Both the position numbers and the translations under genes were made by a program. Positions 23,314 to 32,785 of a stretch of DNA of 64,000 nucleotides are shown here, piece after piece (the stretch's first letter is position 1; each line of letters opens with the position of its first letter). The DNA lies in the NCBI GenBank assembly GCA_025558095.1, contig JAIVFI010000002.1, positions 868,001-932,000 on the forward strand, given 5' to 3'. The notes under the pieces are model-generated. The model was not told where the DNA came from. It ran no database searches and saw only the letters and a list, made by a program, of their open reading frames with translations. The DNA is from Hyaloraphidium curvatum SAG 235-1. Lineage: Eukaryota; Fungi; Monoblepharomycota.

Positions 23314-24717
23314 TCATTCGAGATATCCGTCAATCCACGATGATCTCCATGATCGCCGCGGCCGCTTCGTCCCATTGTTCTCCTCAGGGTATGCCAGCGT
23401 AACCTTCACCGCCGTCCCGTCCTTCACCTGCCACTCCCCGTCCCACCATCCTCTCATTTCGATCGCCGACATCGTGAAACTGGACCTGGGGTCGCCGATA
23501 AAGTACGTCCCGTGGGACAGAATGATCTTGTCCAAAAAGGCGTGCGCAGACCACTGCGGCGGCCCCGGAAAGTAGGGGACGAGGAAGGGATGGAAAGGAT
23601 CCGGCGAAACGGGTAGAGGGGGATCCGCAGGAGGGATGTGAAAGGGGGTTTCCGTCGCCGCAGAGTCGTTCCGAACGACGGAAGCAGGGTCGCCGTCGTC
23701 CACATCCAAGATGCGCAGCTTCGCGACACGACGGCTTGCAGCTTCAACCGGGCGAAAGAACCGGCACCGCGAAATGCCGGCGACAATCTGCCGGAGCTCG
23801 TCATCATCCCCGTTCGTCGCGACGAAAACGGTCCAGTTGTCCGCCTTCCAGCTCCGCCGCAGGCTCTGCACGTCTTCGATGATCTTGTCCAGCCGTGGAA
23901 GGGGTTTGAAGTCGCCGCGACGGATGTGGAGCGCGATCCAGGGCTCCCCGTTCGGTGCGAGCAGCCCGCGAATGAACCGCCTCGCCGTCTCGAGGTAGCG
24001 TGGATAAGGATACCAAGGACACGGCTTCGTACGCCACGGCGGTGTGGGAGCGCCAACAAGAAAGCTGCTGCCGATCACGAGCACCCGCTTTGACGCATAC
24101 GGTTCCTGGGCCAGTTGCTCGCCCATTTCGCCGCCGTTCCCCGCGTACTTACCGCGCGAAAGGAACATGTAGCCGCCATCGCCGCAGTTGCTGTCGACGA
24201 TGCACTTTGTCAGATTTGCGTAGGTCCAGTTGCGCAGCTGGCCAAAGTCAATGTCGTGGAACTTTTCCCCAACTGGACGGTCCCGGACGTGCACGACATG
24301 GTCCGTGGTCCTGTTGAAAATCGGCTCCACGTCGTCGTACTCTGCGATCCGCAGGCCGCACTTTTCCATGTGCGACGTGTCGAAGAAGCTCGAGCAAGGT
24401 GCAAAGATGCGCCAGGTCATCTGCCAATGCGGGAGCACAAGGGTGCGGTTCAGGCGATTCGCGAGGTACAGCAGCAGGGGCGCGGCGTAGTAGCCGTTGC
24501 TGAAGTAGCCGTAGGCCCCCGAAGTGACGACGAACTTCTCGTCGGGGCCGAACGTTCGCCTCGAAGCGGGTCGCGCGCGAGGCATACTGGCCGCTGCCGG
24601 CCTGCTCGCCTCCAAAGCATTGCGATCCGGGCCGAGAAGAAGCAGACCGGCGGCCAGAAACGCTAAGACCAAGGCGGCCGCCGCCGCCAGATGCGGCAAC
24701 CGGACGGTCGCGGCCAT
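23314..24717 (-). CDS. O-fucosyltransferase-family (GT65/GT68-like) type II membrane protein; intronless
   Basis: TM anchor; GYFSN...LANRLNRTLVLP, WIALHIRRGDF, VFVATN, LDKIILSHGTYFIGDPRSSFT = fucosyltransferase motifs I-III. Alternative ATG at 24756. Confidence 0.82.
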   Translation of the reverse strand: MAATVRLPHLAAAAALVLAFLAAGLLLLGPDRNALEASRPAAASMPRARPASRRTFGPDEKFVVTSGAYGYFSNGYYAAPLLLYLANRLNRTLVLPHWQMTWRIFAPCSSFFDTSHMEKCGLRIAEYDDVEPIFNRTTDHVVHVRDRPVGEKFHDIDFGQLRNWTYANLTKCIVDSNCGDGGYMFLSRGKYAGNGGEMGEQLAQEPYASKRVLVIGSSFLVGAPTPPWRTKPCPWYPYPRYLETARRFIRGLLAPNGEPWIALHIRRGDFKPLPRLDKIIEDVQSLRRSWKADNWTVFVATNGDDDELRQIVAGISRCRFFRPVEAASRRVAKLRILDVDDGDPASVVRNDSAATETPFHIPPADPPLPVSPDPFHPFLVPYFPGPPQWSAHAFLDKIILSHGTYFIGDPRSSFTMSAIEMRGWWDGEWQVKDGTAVKVTLAYPEENNGTKRPRRSWRSSWIDGYLE

Positions 24718-24966
24718 GGGACTGTCTCGGATTTCACGCCGCCGGTCCTCCCACATGGATTATGCCGACCTCGGTGCAGGTCCCGATTTAGACGAGGACT
24801 CTCCAATGCTGGCTGAGCCTCTCGGGCGGCTCGCGATGAGCATAACTTGGCTCTGCGACTCTGGCGGCGGTAGCGGGGCGTGAGTGAACGATTGAACTTG
24901 TATTGACGACCGGACCCGCCACCAACAGCGCCCTGGAATCCGGAGCGGTCGCGCTTACGGGGAAGG

Positions 24967-27390
24967 CTACACGGCGACCCGGCGTGGGCGAAACTTCTCT
25001 ACGAACAGCCCCCTGCCCGCCCTCTTCCACGCCTCCTCCCACCCGCCCCTGAGCGAGCCGGCGGCCCGATCCACAGCGTCCTTCTCCCGCCAGTACCTCG
25101 GGCCCCCAACCGCGGGCCCCCGCGACTCGGCGTACCCGATCCCCAGGCCATCCCTGCCCCGCGACTCGAGGAGGTACGAGCAGGGAGGGAACGCGAGCGC
25201 GGTGCCGTTCATGTGCCGCACCGCGAGCAGCGATATCGTCTCGGGATTGCAGCCCCGTTCTTTGGGGCACCTCCAGAGCAGTCCGATCGCAGAGGCGGGG
25301 TCTGAGTTGGAGAAGAGCGAGGAAACGCCGAGGAGCGCAGGGGCGAGGCGGCGCGGAAAGGCGGTGTGGCGGTCGTTGATGCCCCCCCAGTGCTCCGCAT
25401 CGGGGACAAAGACCGCGTCGCGGTCGACCTCGGCCATCAGACCCAGCGGGGGGTGGGGTGCAATCCAGAGCATGTCCGGTCTGGTTCTGACTACGGTTTG
25501 GTAGCGCTGTCCGGCGCTGCGTTCCCGGTCCAGGATCGCGCGCCAGCACTCCCTATAGTTGAAGTAGTTGCCGAGCATCGAGGCCACCGTCTGGTTCTCG
25601 AGCAGCGGGAGCACCGCATCGGCGGCTGGGAATGTGGCGTGCAGCGCGTTCCGGTCGCGGCCCGAGGCGTCGATGCGCATCCACTCCAGGCCGGGGAGGT
25701 CCGCAACCAGGCGAGCGACCTGCTTTCTGTACACTGCATCGGCGACAACGATGTACGCAAACACGTCCACGCGCCACTGCGCGTCGTCGGTGGGCCAGGG
25801 AGCCTTCAGGCCGCCTAGCAAGTTGGACACGATCGATGAAAAGGTGTCGTTGAAGCTGCGAGCTCCGCCGACAATGCACACGGCTGCCGTGTAGGGTTGA
25901 ATAGGTAGGTCGGCATTGGGATCCTCGAAGGGCCCTGGAGCGGTGGGAGATGCGACTGCGGAAGTACGGGCGCTGGGAAGCGTGGCGCCCGTGTGTGCTG
26001 CCTGCCGCGCCAAATGCATGGCGATGCCAACCGTGCTCTCCAGCTCGTGGTAATAAGAAGCCAGGTGCGCGTGGCAGAATGCCAGTGCTTTTCTCCTCTT
26101 CTTCTTGTGTTCTCCGGCCGCATACAGGGCGCGCAGGGTCGGTATGACCTCCTTGAGGTCCTCTGCCTCCCTGAAGCGCACGCCGTAGGATTCAAATGGC
26201 GCGATCTGCTCAAACGGAGGTACCAGTTGGTCCTGAATGAGGACCGGCACGGCCCCGCTGCAAATGACCTCGACGTAGCGGAGGCTGTACTGCAGATCGC
26301 CGGAAAGGATCAGGGAGAAAACCGAAGACGACAGCAGCTCAAGGTAGTTGAACCTCTTCGCTTCCTGTTCGTTGGCGCTGTCCACGAGTACAATTCCCTC
26401 TGTTTGGTTTGTCGGCAGCAGCTCTTTGATGCGCTTCCTCGCCTTGCCCTTCCGGAAGCTCGCCATGAACGTCAAGAACCAGCGGTAGCCGTCCGGGTCT
26501 TTGAAAGCGGCAGGGCGCTTGACGGGCTCGGCGGGCAAGCCTGCTTTAGCAGTCTCCGCAAAGGGCGGCAGCACTCCGGTCCACGCGTAACCGAACTCGG
26601 GCCTGTATCTGTAGCCCTCAGGCCGGGGCGGGACCAAAGCCGGAGGCATGGATATGTGCCGTGAGGGATCGAAAAAGCTCTTCTTGACCTCCTTATCCGC
26701 CAGAATAAACCTCGGATCCTCCCAAGGTAGCTTTTCGTGCTTGGCGGTCCAGTCGGTCCAGTTGTTTCTCCACCAGAACACGTGTTCCCATTCGTAAGTG
26801 CTCATTAGGAACGCTTTCGTGTGAGCGGGCATCTCTGCGAGTAGCTCCAATGACCTCTCGAGCGTCTCGAATAGGCAGTAATGTCCCGGCACGGCGTAGT
26901 TACGCTCCTTCCCTCCGTATTCAGGAAAGTGGACGTTCCGGGCCAGGAAGGGCGGGAGCATGGCCAAGACTGCCTCGGAAGGATACTCTGTCCTCTGTGG
27001 GTGGTTCGCAAAGAACACGTACGCCACGGATCCGTCGAGATTGAACGCGCACTCCCGGAGCTCTGGCCAGCGAGAGAGCGCTTGCTCCATCGAGAGGAGG
27101 AAGAACTTGGGGCCGCTCCCGCCCGAGCTCCGCTGCTGGAGCAGAGCGAGAGGAGATTGTTCGGAAGAACTGGGACGGATGGGATCCGGAGCACATCGCG
27201 CCGACGCTTCCGCAAGTTCCGGTGGGGGATCCGGTTGGGCAAACGCGTCCCGTTCGTCGCTCCGCCGTCCCTCCGCAGCAAAGTCCGGGCGTCCAAGGGA
27301 AGCAAGGGTACCGAATAGCGCCGAGAGCACCAGTATCAGCAGGAGGCCATGAAGTCGCCACCCGGACATGTCGGCTACAAGGAGAAACAT
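24967..27390 (-). CDS. Exostosin (GT47) domain fused to a second putative glycosyltransferase domain; intronless
   Basis: TM anchor LHGLLLILVLSALFGTL; YLELLSSSVFSLILSGD..SLRYVEVICSGAVPVLIQDQLVPPF (GT47). C-terminal AVCIVGGARSF...YQTVVRTRPD...GGINDR domain. Start codon uncertain (27390 or 27369). Confidence 0.8.
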   Translation of the reverse strand: MFLLVADMSGWRLHGLLLILVLSALFGTLASLGRPDFAAEGRRSDERDAFAQPDPPPELAEASARCAPDPIRPSSSEQSPLALLQQRSSGGSGPKFFLLSMEQALSRWPELRECAFNLDGSVAYVFFANHPQRTEYPSEAVLAMLPPFLARNVHFPEYGGKERNYAVPGHYCLFETLERSLELLAEMPAHTKAFLMSTYEWEHVFWWRNNWTDWTAKHEKLPWEDPRFILADKEVKKSFFDPSRHISMPPALVPPRPEGYRYRPEFGYAWTGVLPPFAETAKAGLPAEPVKRPAAFKDPDGYRWFLTFMASFRKGKARKRIKELLPTNQTEGIVLVDSANEQEAKRFNYLELLSSSVFSLILSGDLQYSLRYVEVICSGAVPVLIQDQLVPPFEQIAPFESYGVRFREAEDLKEVIPTLRALYAAGEHKKKRRKALAFCHAHLASYYHELESTVGIAMHLARQAAHTGATLPSARTSAVASPTAPGPFEDPNADLPIQPYTAAVCIVGGARSFNDTFSSIVSNLLGGLKAPWPTDDAQWRVDVFAYIVVADAVYRKQVARLVADLPGLEWMRIDASGRDRNALHATFPAADAVLPLLENQTVASMLGNYFNYRECWRAILDRERSAGQRYQTVVRTRPDMLWIAPHPPLGLMAEVDRDAVFVPDAEHWGGINDRHTAFPRRLAPALLGVSSLFSNSDPASAIGLLWRCPKERGCNPETISLLAVRHMNGTALAFPPCSYLLESRGRDGLGIGYAESRGPAVGGPRYWREKDAVDRAAGSLRGGWEEAWKRAGRGLFVEKFRPRRVAV

Positions 27391-27623
27391 GCGAAAGGCA
27401 TCCCCCACGGACGAGACGATCGGGCAGGGACCTGGCGAGGGACCGCACGTGCAATGCGATGGAATCGATGCCGCAGCAGGATTCAACGAAACATTCCATC
27501 GAAGCGTTCCATCGAAGCGGTCCGAGCTCAATGCCACGTGTACGAGCACGCCCATATCGCCGCCGCCCAGTGCGAAGAAGCCACGATTCTCCCGCAGCCA
27601 CCATCTCCGATCTCCGCCGCCCA

Positions 27624-27710
27624 CTAGAGCCCCTGTGCCCGCTGACGCGGGGCTCGCTGGCGCTCGCGGGGCCGCTCCGCGGCAAAGCTACATGGGAGGC
27701 AGCGGCGGGG
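27624..27710 (-). mobile_element. Possible Helitron-type 3' terminus / non-autonomous remnant
   Basis: Minus strand reads cccgc-gtca-gcggg (hairpin) + 10 nt + CTAG followed by T; body repeated at 23056-23205. Confidence 0.45.
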
Positions 27711-27744
27711 ACGCGGATCAGACTTCCGCAGCGCAATTTTAAGT

Positions 27745-27838
27745 CAGTGTCCGTTCGCGCACCAATGTAGAGTCACAGCGGTGCCAGCTAGCAGTGTCCG
27801 TTCGCGCACCAATGTAGAGTCACAGCCGTGCCAGCTAG
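27745..27838. repeat. 47-bp tandem duplication (2 copies, 1 mismatch)
   Basis: cagtgtccgttcgcgcaccaatgtagagtcacagc[g/c]gtgccagctag at 27745 and 27792. Confidence 0.95.
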
Positions 27839-27846
27839 CATGCCCG

Positions 27847-29186
27847 CTATGAGAGACTCCACGACAGAGTTTGCCCGGCCAGGAACGGCACGAGTGATGC
27901 TTCCTTCCCCTCGTCGTCGACGTACTTCAGCTCGTCCGGGACCACGAACGGCTGGCGCACCAGCCGGATGGTTTCCCGCTTCTGCCCCGAGCCAAATCCG
28001 TAAAATCGGCGGCCGTGGTGGCACGCAAAGTCTTCGAGGCGGTCGAACGCGCCTATGCGGTCCAGGATGTCGGCGAGGTACTGCATCGTGAACGCAGAAG
28101 TGAATACGCCCGCGTTGGACACAGCCGCCTCTTTCTGGCTTTTCGGATGCGGTGCCGAGTCGGTCCCCAGGAAGAAGCGGGGGTGACCTGGGGATGGTGC
28201 GGGAAACCGTTAATAGACGCCCTGCATTCGATGCCACCACATCCCTCTTAAGTCCCGCTACCAAGAGCTCAGATACCGTTGTAGTCATTATTTCAAGATT
28301 CTCGTCACGGGCAGTGCCGAAGAAGTTGCTGTCGATCATCGCTCCCAAGCCACCCATCCACCCATACTACTCACCCGAGCGGACGGTTTCCTGCAGCGCC
28401 TTCCTGTCCTCGGGCAGCTTGGCCACGGGTTTGCAGAAGTTATGCCGATTTGCCGCCCAGTCGTCTATGACGAGGTGGAGGTGGTGCACCGTGATGGTGC
28501 ACCCCACAGTGTCGCCCAAAGACTTGACGGTATCGACAGCGGCCTTGCTCGTGGCGTGCTCGAGAACAATTTTGAGCTTCGGGAAGTCCTTGTGGAGCTG
28601 CACAAGGTGCCCGAGGAACTTCTCCTCGGCGTTCAGAATGGTAATGCCCTGCCGGCACCCGTCAGCCTCTGACTGGTGGGCGGCGCACACCCTGCTCACG
28701 TTGTCGTGGTCGCTGGGAACCTCGCCGTGCAGATTCAGGACCATGCCGTGCTCCTCCATCGCCCGGAAAACGTCGTAGTACGCCGTGTAGCTTTCGATCC
28801 CGCTCTCCGAGTTGGTCGTCACCCCTCTCGGATACGACTTGACGCCCCTGACGCCGGCTTGGGCGGCGGCGGCAATCTCCTGCGGCGTCAGCTCCGGTCC
28901 GAGGTAGAGCGTCATGAGAAAGTCGACGCCGGGCGCGAGGGCCTCCAGCTCCGCCTTGTAGGCCAGCGCCGCCTTTGCGCTCGCCACCGGCGGCTTCAAG
29001 TTCGGCTGCAAGCGGCCTGCTTCATCAGCGGCGCCTCCAGAGCCGGATTCCGCGCCGGCGCACCATCACGTAGGCAAGGTTAGCGCCACCCTGCCGGACC
29101 ATCGGCGTGACGTGGCGCATCATGGCCCCTTGCCGGAGGTGCGTGTGAAAGTCATCCGCAAACGGCACGACGAGCTCGTCCGGCAT
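27847..29186 (-). CDS. URA4: Dihydroorotase (homodimeric type); multi-exon
   Basis: DDFHTHLRQG, GVKSYPRGVTTNSESG, VLNLHGE, IVLEHAT, FCKPVAK, FFLGTDSAPH, AGVFT. Confidence 0.95.
28265..28344 (-). ncRNA. Intronic box C/D snoRNA, snR79-like (18S rRNA 2'-O-methylation guide)
   Basis: Lies in the 187-nt URA4 intron (28188-28374). Terminal stem GAGC/GCTC, C-like box ATGATCG, D box CTGA preceded by GACTACAACGGTAT, antisense to conserved 18S AUACCGU(C/U)GUAGUC. Confidence 0.8.
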
Positions 29187-29334
29187 TGTGGCCTTGGAAG
29201 GCGGCGACGCTTTGGGCGAACCTTTGATGACTTCCCTCAGACTTTATTCGTACTGCTTTTGAGAGCGCGACGGTCACAAACGCGCCTAGCCCGCGCGCCT
29301 CTGTTCTTGGGGAGCGGGCAGCCCAGGTGCAACG

Positions 29335-31426
29335 ATGCGGCTCTTGGTGGCGCTCCTTGCGGCCCTGGCGGCGGCGGGGATGCTTGGACGCGTGGCGGAC
29401 GCGCAGGAGGCGTGGCTAGACACGCTCGCTGTTCAGCCGCTGGTCCCCTTCCCCTGCGTGATGCTCCTGAACGCGTCCGGGACCATTGGTTGCCAGACTT
29501 TCGGAGCTGCAGGCACGCTGTACGGGATTGCGAGCCAGGGGGAGCTGGACGCGTTCGCAAAAGGTTCCGGAGGCGGCTTCGTGCCAGTCATCCCCTTTGC
29601 CCTCTTGTCCAAGTGAGCGCTGGCCGGTGGAGGCTCTACTGACCGACGAATGATCGACGTCATTGCCAGGGGCAACCTCAACACCCTTGCCCAATCGGGG
29701 AGGATCGCCGGCGTGGTGGTCGTCCCCGGAGACGCGCCGCAGCGGTTCAGCCCCGACGTGGAGTGCCCCAACTGCCGCTACACCCAGTACGGCAACACCT
29801 CGTGGGGCAGGTATCCTTGGAACCCCGAGGGGACGGGCCTGGCGTTCGAGACCTTCGATTACCCCATCTTTGCCGCGTGGCCGTACTCGGCCGCGGCCAA
29901 CCGCAGCCTCGCGGCGCTGCAGCAGGCCGTGGTCGAGAACGCCAAGCGCGGCTATTCGTCGTATCCGCTTTACCAGGTGGATTTCGACGCGCTGATGTAC
30001 GCGGCCGGCAACTCGGCCCTATGCTTGTCGCGACGTGGGTTGCCGGTCTCGCATATCGCCGAACGTGCTTGTGCCAACGCGTTTGCCCCCAGAATTCTGC
30101 GATCCCGTGGGCGGATACTCGGTCTGGGCCAGCACGACGGCCCAGATTCTGCCCCAGAGGTCCATCATCGTCGTCTCGGCGACGCTCGACGCCTCGGCCT
30201 TTTTCCACGACCTCGCAATGGGGATCAGCACGCACATCTCGGGCATGGTCGCCGCGATGGCCGTCGCCGACGCCATCTCCAGGTCGCCGACGCCGCCGTC
30301 CTCGTTCAACAAGACGATCCTCTACACCTTCTTCAACGCGGAGCAGTGGGGCCACGCCGGGTCGCAGAGGTTCGTCCAGGACATCACCTCGTTCGTCTGC
30401 TACGCGACGACGGGCACCAAGTGCCCGATATCGACGGCGCAGTGCAAATCGCCATGCATCGCGAACCTCGATTTCCAGAACATCTCGATGAACGCCGTGG
30501 AGGCGTTCGTGGAGCTGAACCAGCTCGCCATGCTCCGGGACCAGGTCTTTCTCTACACGGACCGCGAGGACATCGCCAACATCGAGCTCCTCGACCGCTT
30601 CTACACGGCGGGGGCGGACCAGCCCGTCAAGCCCACCAACGGGCTCTCCGTCGGCAGGCTGCCGCCGTCGACGGCCATCGCCTTTGTGGCCAACAGGAGT
30701 ACGCTCCCGACCGCGGTCCTCGCCGACTTCAACGGCGACTTTTCCACGACCTACTACAACTCTGAGTTCGACAACCTGGCAACCACGCCCGTGGCTGTCG
30801 AGGCACTGTGCTCGGTCGTGACAACCACGTCGCGGACCGTGTGGCGGATGGCGATGGGCCTGCCCAAGGACGCGCCCGTGCCGCCCGAGGTCGCGGCCAA
30901 CTGCACCCTCGTGGCCGAGCTCCTGGACTGCTTCGGCCGCAACTTCTCGTGCCCCCTCGTGCGGCGCTACCTGCCCGACATCAACGCGCAGTACGTCTCG
31001 TCGTACCCCTCCGTCTTCAACTTTGGCAGCCCGACGGCGATCCCGTTCGTCGTGAACCAGTTCATGAAGCAGCAGGTGGCCACGGCGCTCGGCGCGGCGT
31101 GTAACCGCACCTCGGACTGCACCGCCGCCAACCTGACGGGCTACGAGTGCGTCGCGCGGACCTGCACGCGGTCGTTGGTCAGGTACCACCAGGCCTTTGG
31201 CACCGGCCTGGCCTTCGACTCTGACAGCGGCCTGTTCGTGGTCACCAACGGGTCGCTGGGCACGTGGACCGAGAGCCGGTGGACGCAGACCGCCCTGCGA
31301 GTGTTCCTGGGCACCTCGACGGGGTTCCAGGTCGGCGAGCTGGTGGCGGGGATCGGCGTCGCGGGGTTCAGCGCGGCGGCGTGCATCATGGGGTCGCGGT
31401 ACCTCTCGTCCAAGCTCGTCGTGTAG
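29335..31426 (+). CDS. NCSTN: Nicastrin (gamma-secretase subunit); multi-exon
   Basis: Signal peptide; GTIGCQ, FSPDVECPN, WNPEGTGLAFETFDYPIF, CDPVGGYSVW, ATLDASAFF, FVELNQL, LPPST, YYNSEFD, WTESRW; single C-terminal TM. Confidence 0.9.
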
Positions 31427-31480
31427 CGGTCTATCTACATGGTATTGTCATCCGCGGAATATCGTCCCCGCCGTGCGGCG

Positions 31481-32686
31481 TCACGCCTCGCGGAGCGAGT
31501 TGTAGTGCGCCCCGAGCGCCAGCGCGTGCCGGTGGTACGACACCCTCAGCGGCTTGCCCGCAAAGTCCTCGCCCACGCGGAGCACGGGCGCGTGCTGTTG
31601 GTACACGTGGATCGGGCGGGCCAGGGCGCGGGAGAGGGCCTGGATCTCGAGGTCGCCGCCCCAGACGGGCTTGCGGACCAGGTCGTCGCAGTACTGCCGG
31701 AGTCCGTCTGCGGGGAGGGGCGTTGGGGGGCGGCGAGCATGCAGCCACAGAGGAAACCCACCGTCGTCGAGCATGTCCCCGTTGGCGTCGGTCATGAAGG
31801 GCACAAAGTCGTCCGCGTGGTCCAGCATGAACTGCGCCGCCGTCTTGCGCAGCGCCTTGTAGTCGTCCGACGAGCCCAGCTGGTCGATGATGGCGTTGTA
31901 CAGGCTGTCAAAACAGTGAGCGGGGCCGGTCAACCGTGGGCGAGAGGCGACATACCAGTGCCCGTCCGCAGGAATCTAAACACCAAGGCAATGGGGGAGG
32001 ATGGGAAGCGTTAGGAAGGGGCAAGATCGGCACCGCCGTGCCGGCCAGCGACGGACCTCCTTGACGACGAGCCCCTCGGCCGCGACCAGCTTCCGCATCG
32101 CCTCCTCCTCGGCCCGCTTCAGGTCCGGCAGGTTCTTTGCCTCCTCCGCGGCCTGCCTCCGGGCCTCTTCCATTTCGGCGAGCCTCTTTTCCTGCCGAAC
32201 GGGGAAGGAAACGCGTCACGCGCCCGGCTGAGGGAAACGGGGGACGGCGGTCCTTGGCCGACCCACCTTCCGCTCCTTCTGCCTATTCCGCTTCTTCTTT
32301 CCCTCGCCGGCCGCCTGCGGCCCGTAACCCTCCCCTTCTCCGCCCGATCCCGCGCCGTCGTCCAGCTTCAGGGCGTCCAATTCCCCAGCGGGAGCGCCTC
32401 CGTCCCGATCGCCCCCCGGCCCGGCCGCGGGTTCCGCGCGCGTCCGCGCCTCCAGCTCCTCCCTCTCCGCGGCGTGCCTCTTCTTCAATGCCTCCTCCAT
32501 CTCGGCGATGCGGTCCGGCAGCTCCTTCTTGCGCTTCTTGTCCGACGCGGCCGCCTTTTTGAGGGCGGTGATCTGGTTCTGCAGCTCGCGGGCCTCCTTC
32601 CGGTGGCGGGCTGCCAGGTCGTCCAGCGACTCTGTGGCATCTGCAGGGCCTGCAGAGCTGCTGCCGTTTGCCTCCGCGTCCTCCAT
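31481..32686 (-). CDS. OTU2: OTU-domain deubiquitinase (Otu2/OTUD6B); multi-exon
   Basis: RHRKEARELQNQITALKK; IPADGHC; WGGDLEIQALS; SYHRHALALGAHYNSL. Confidence 0.92.
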
Positions 32687-32785
32687 CGCGGGAACGAGCT
32701 CCAGTATTGTTGACACGCGTCCCCGCAATTCCCTTGCAGCGGACACCGCGTTCTCCGCGTGCCACCTCTCGGGCGTCCGCGCAGC

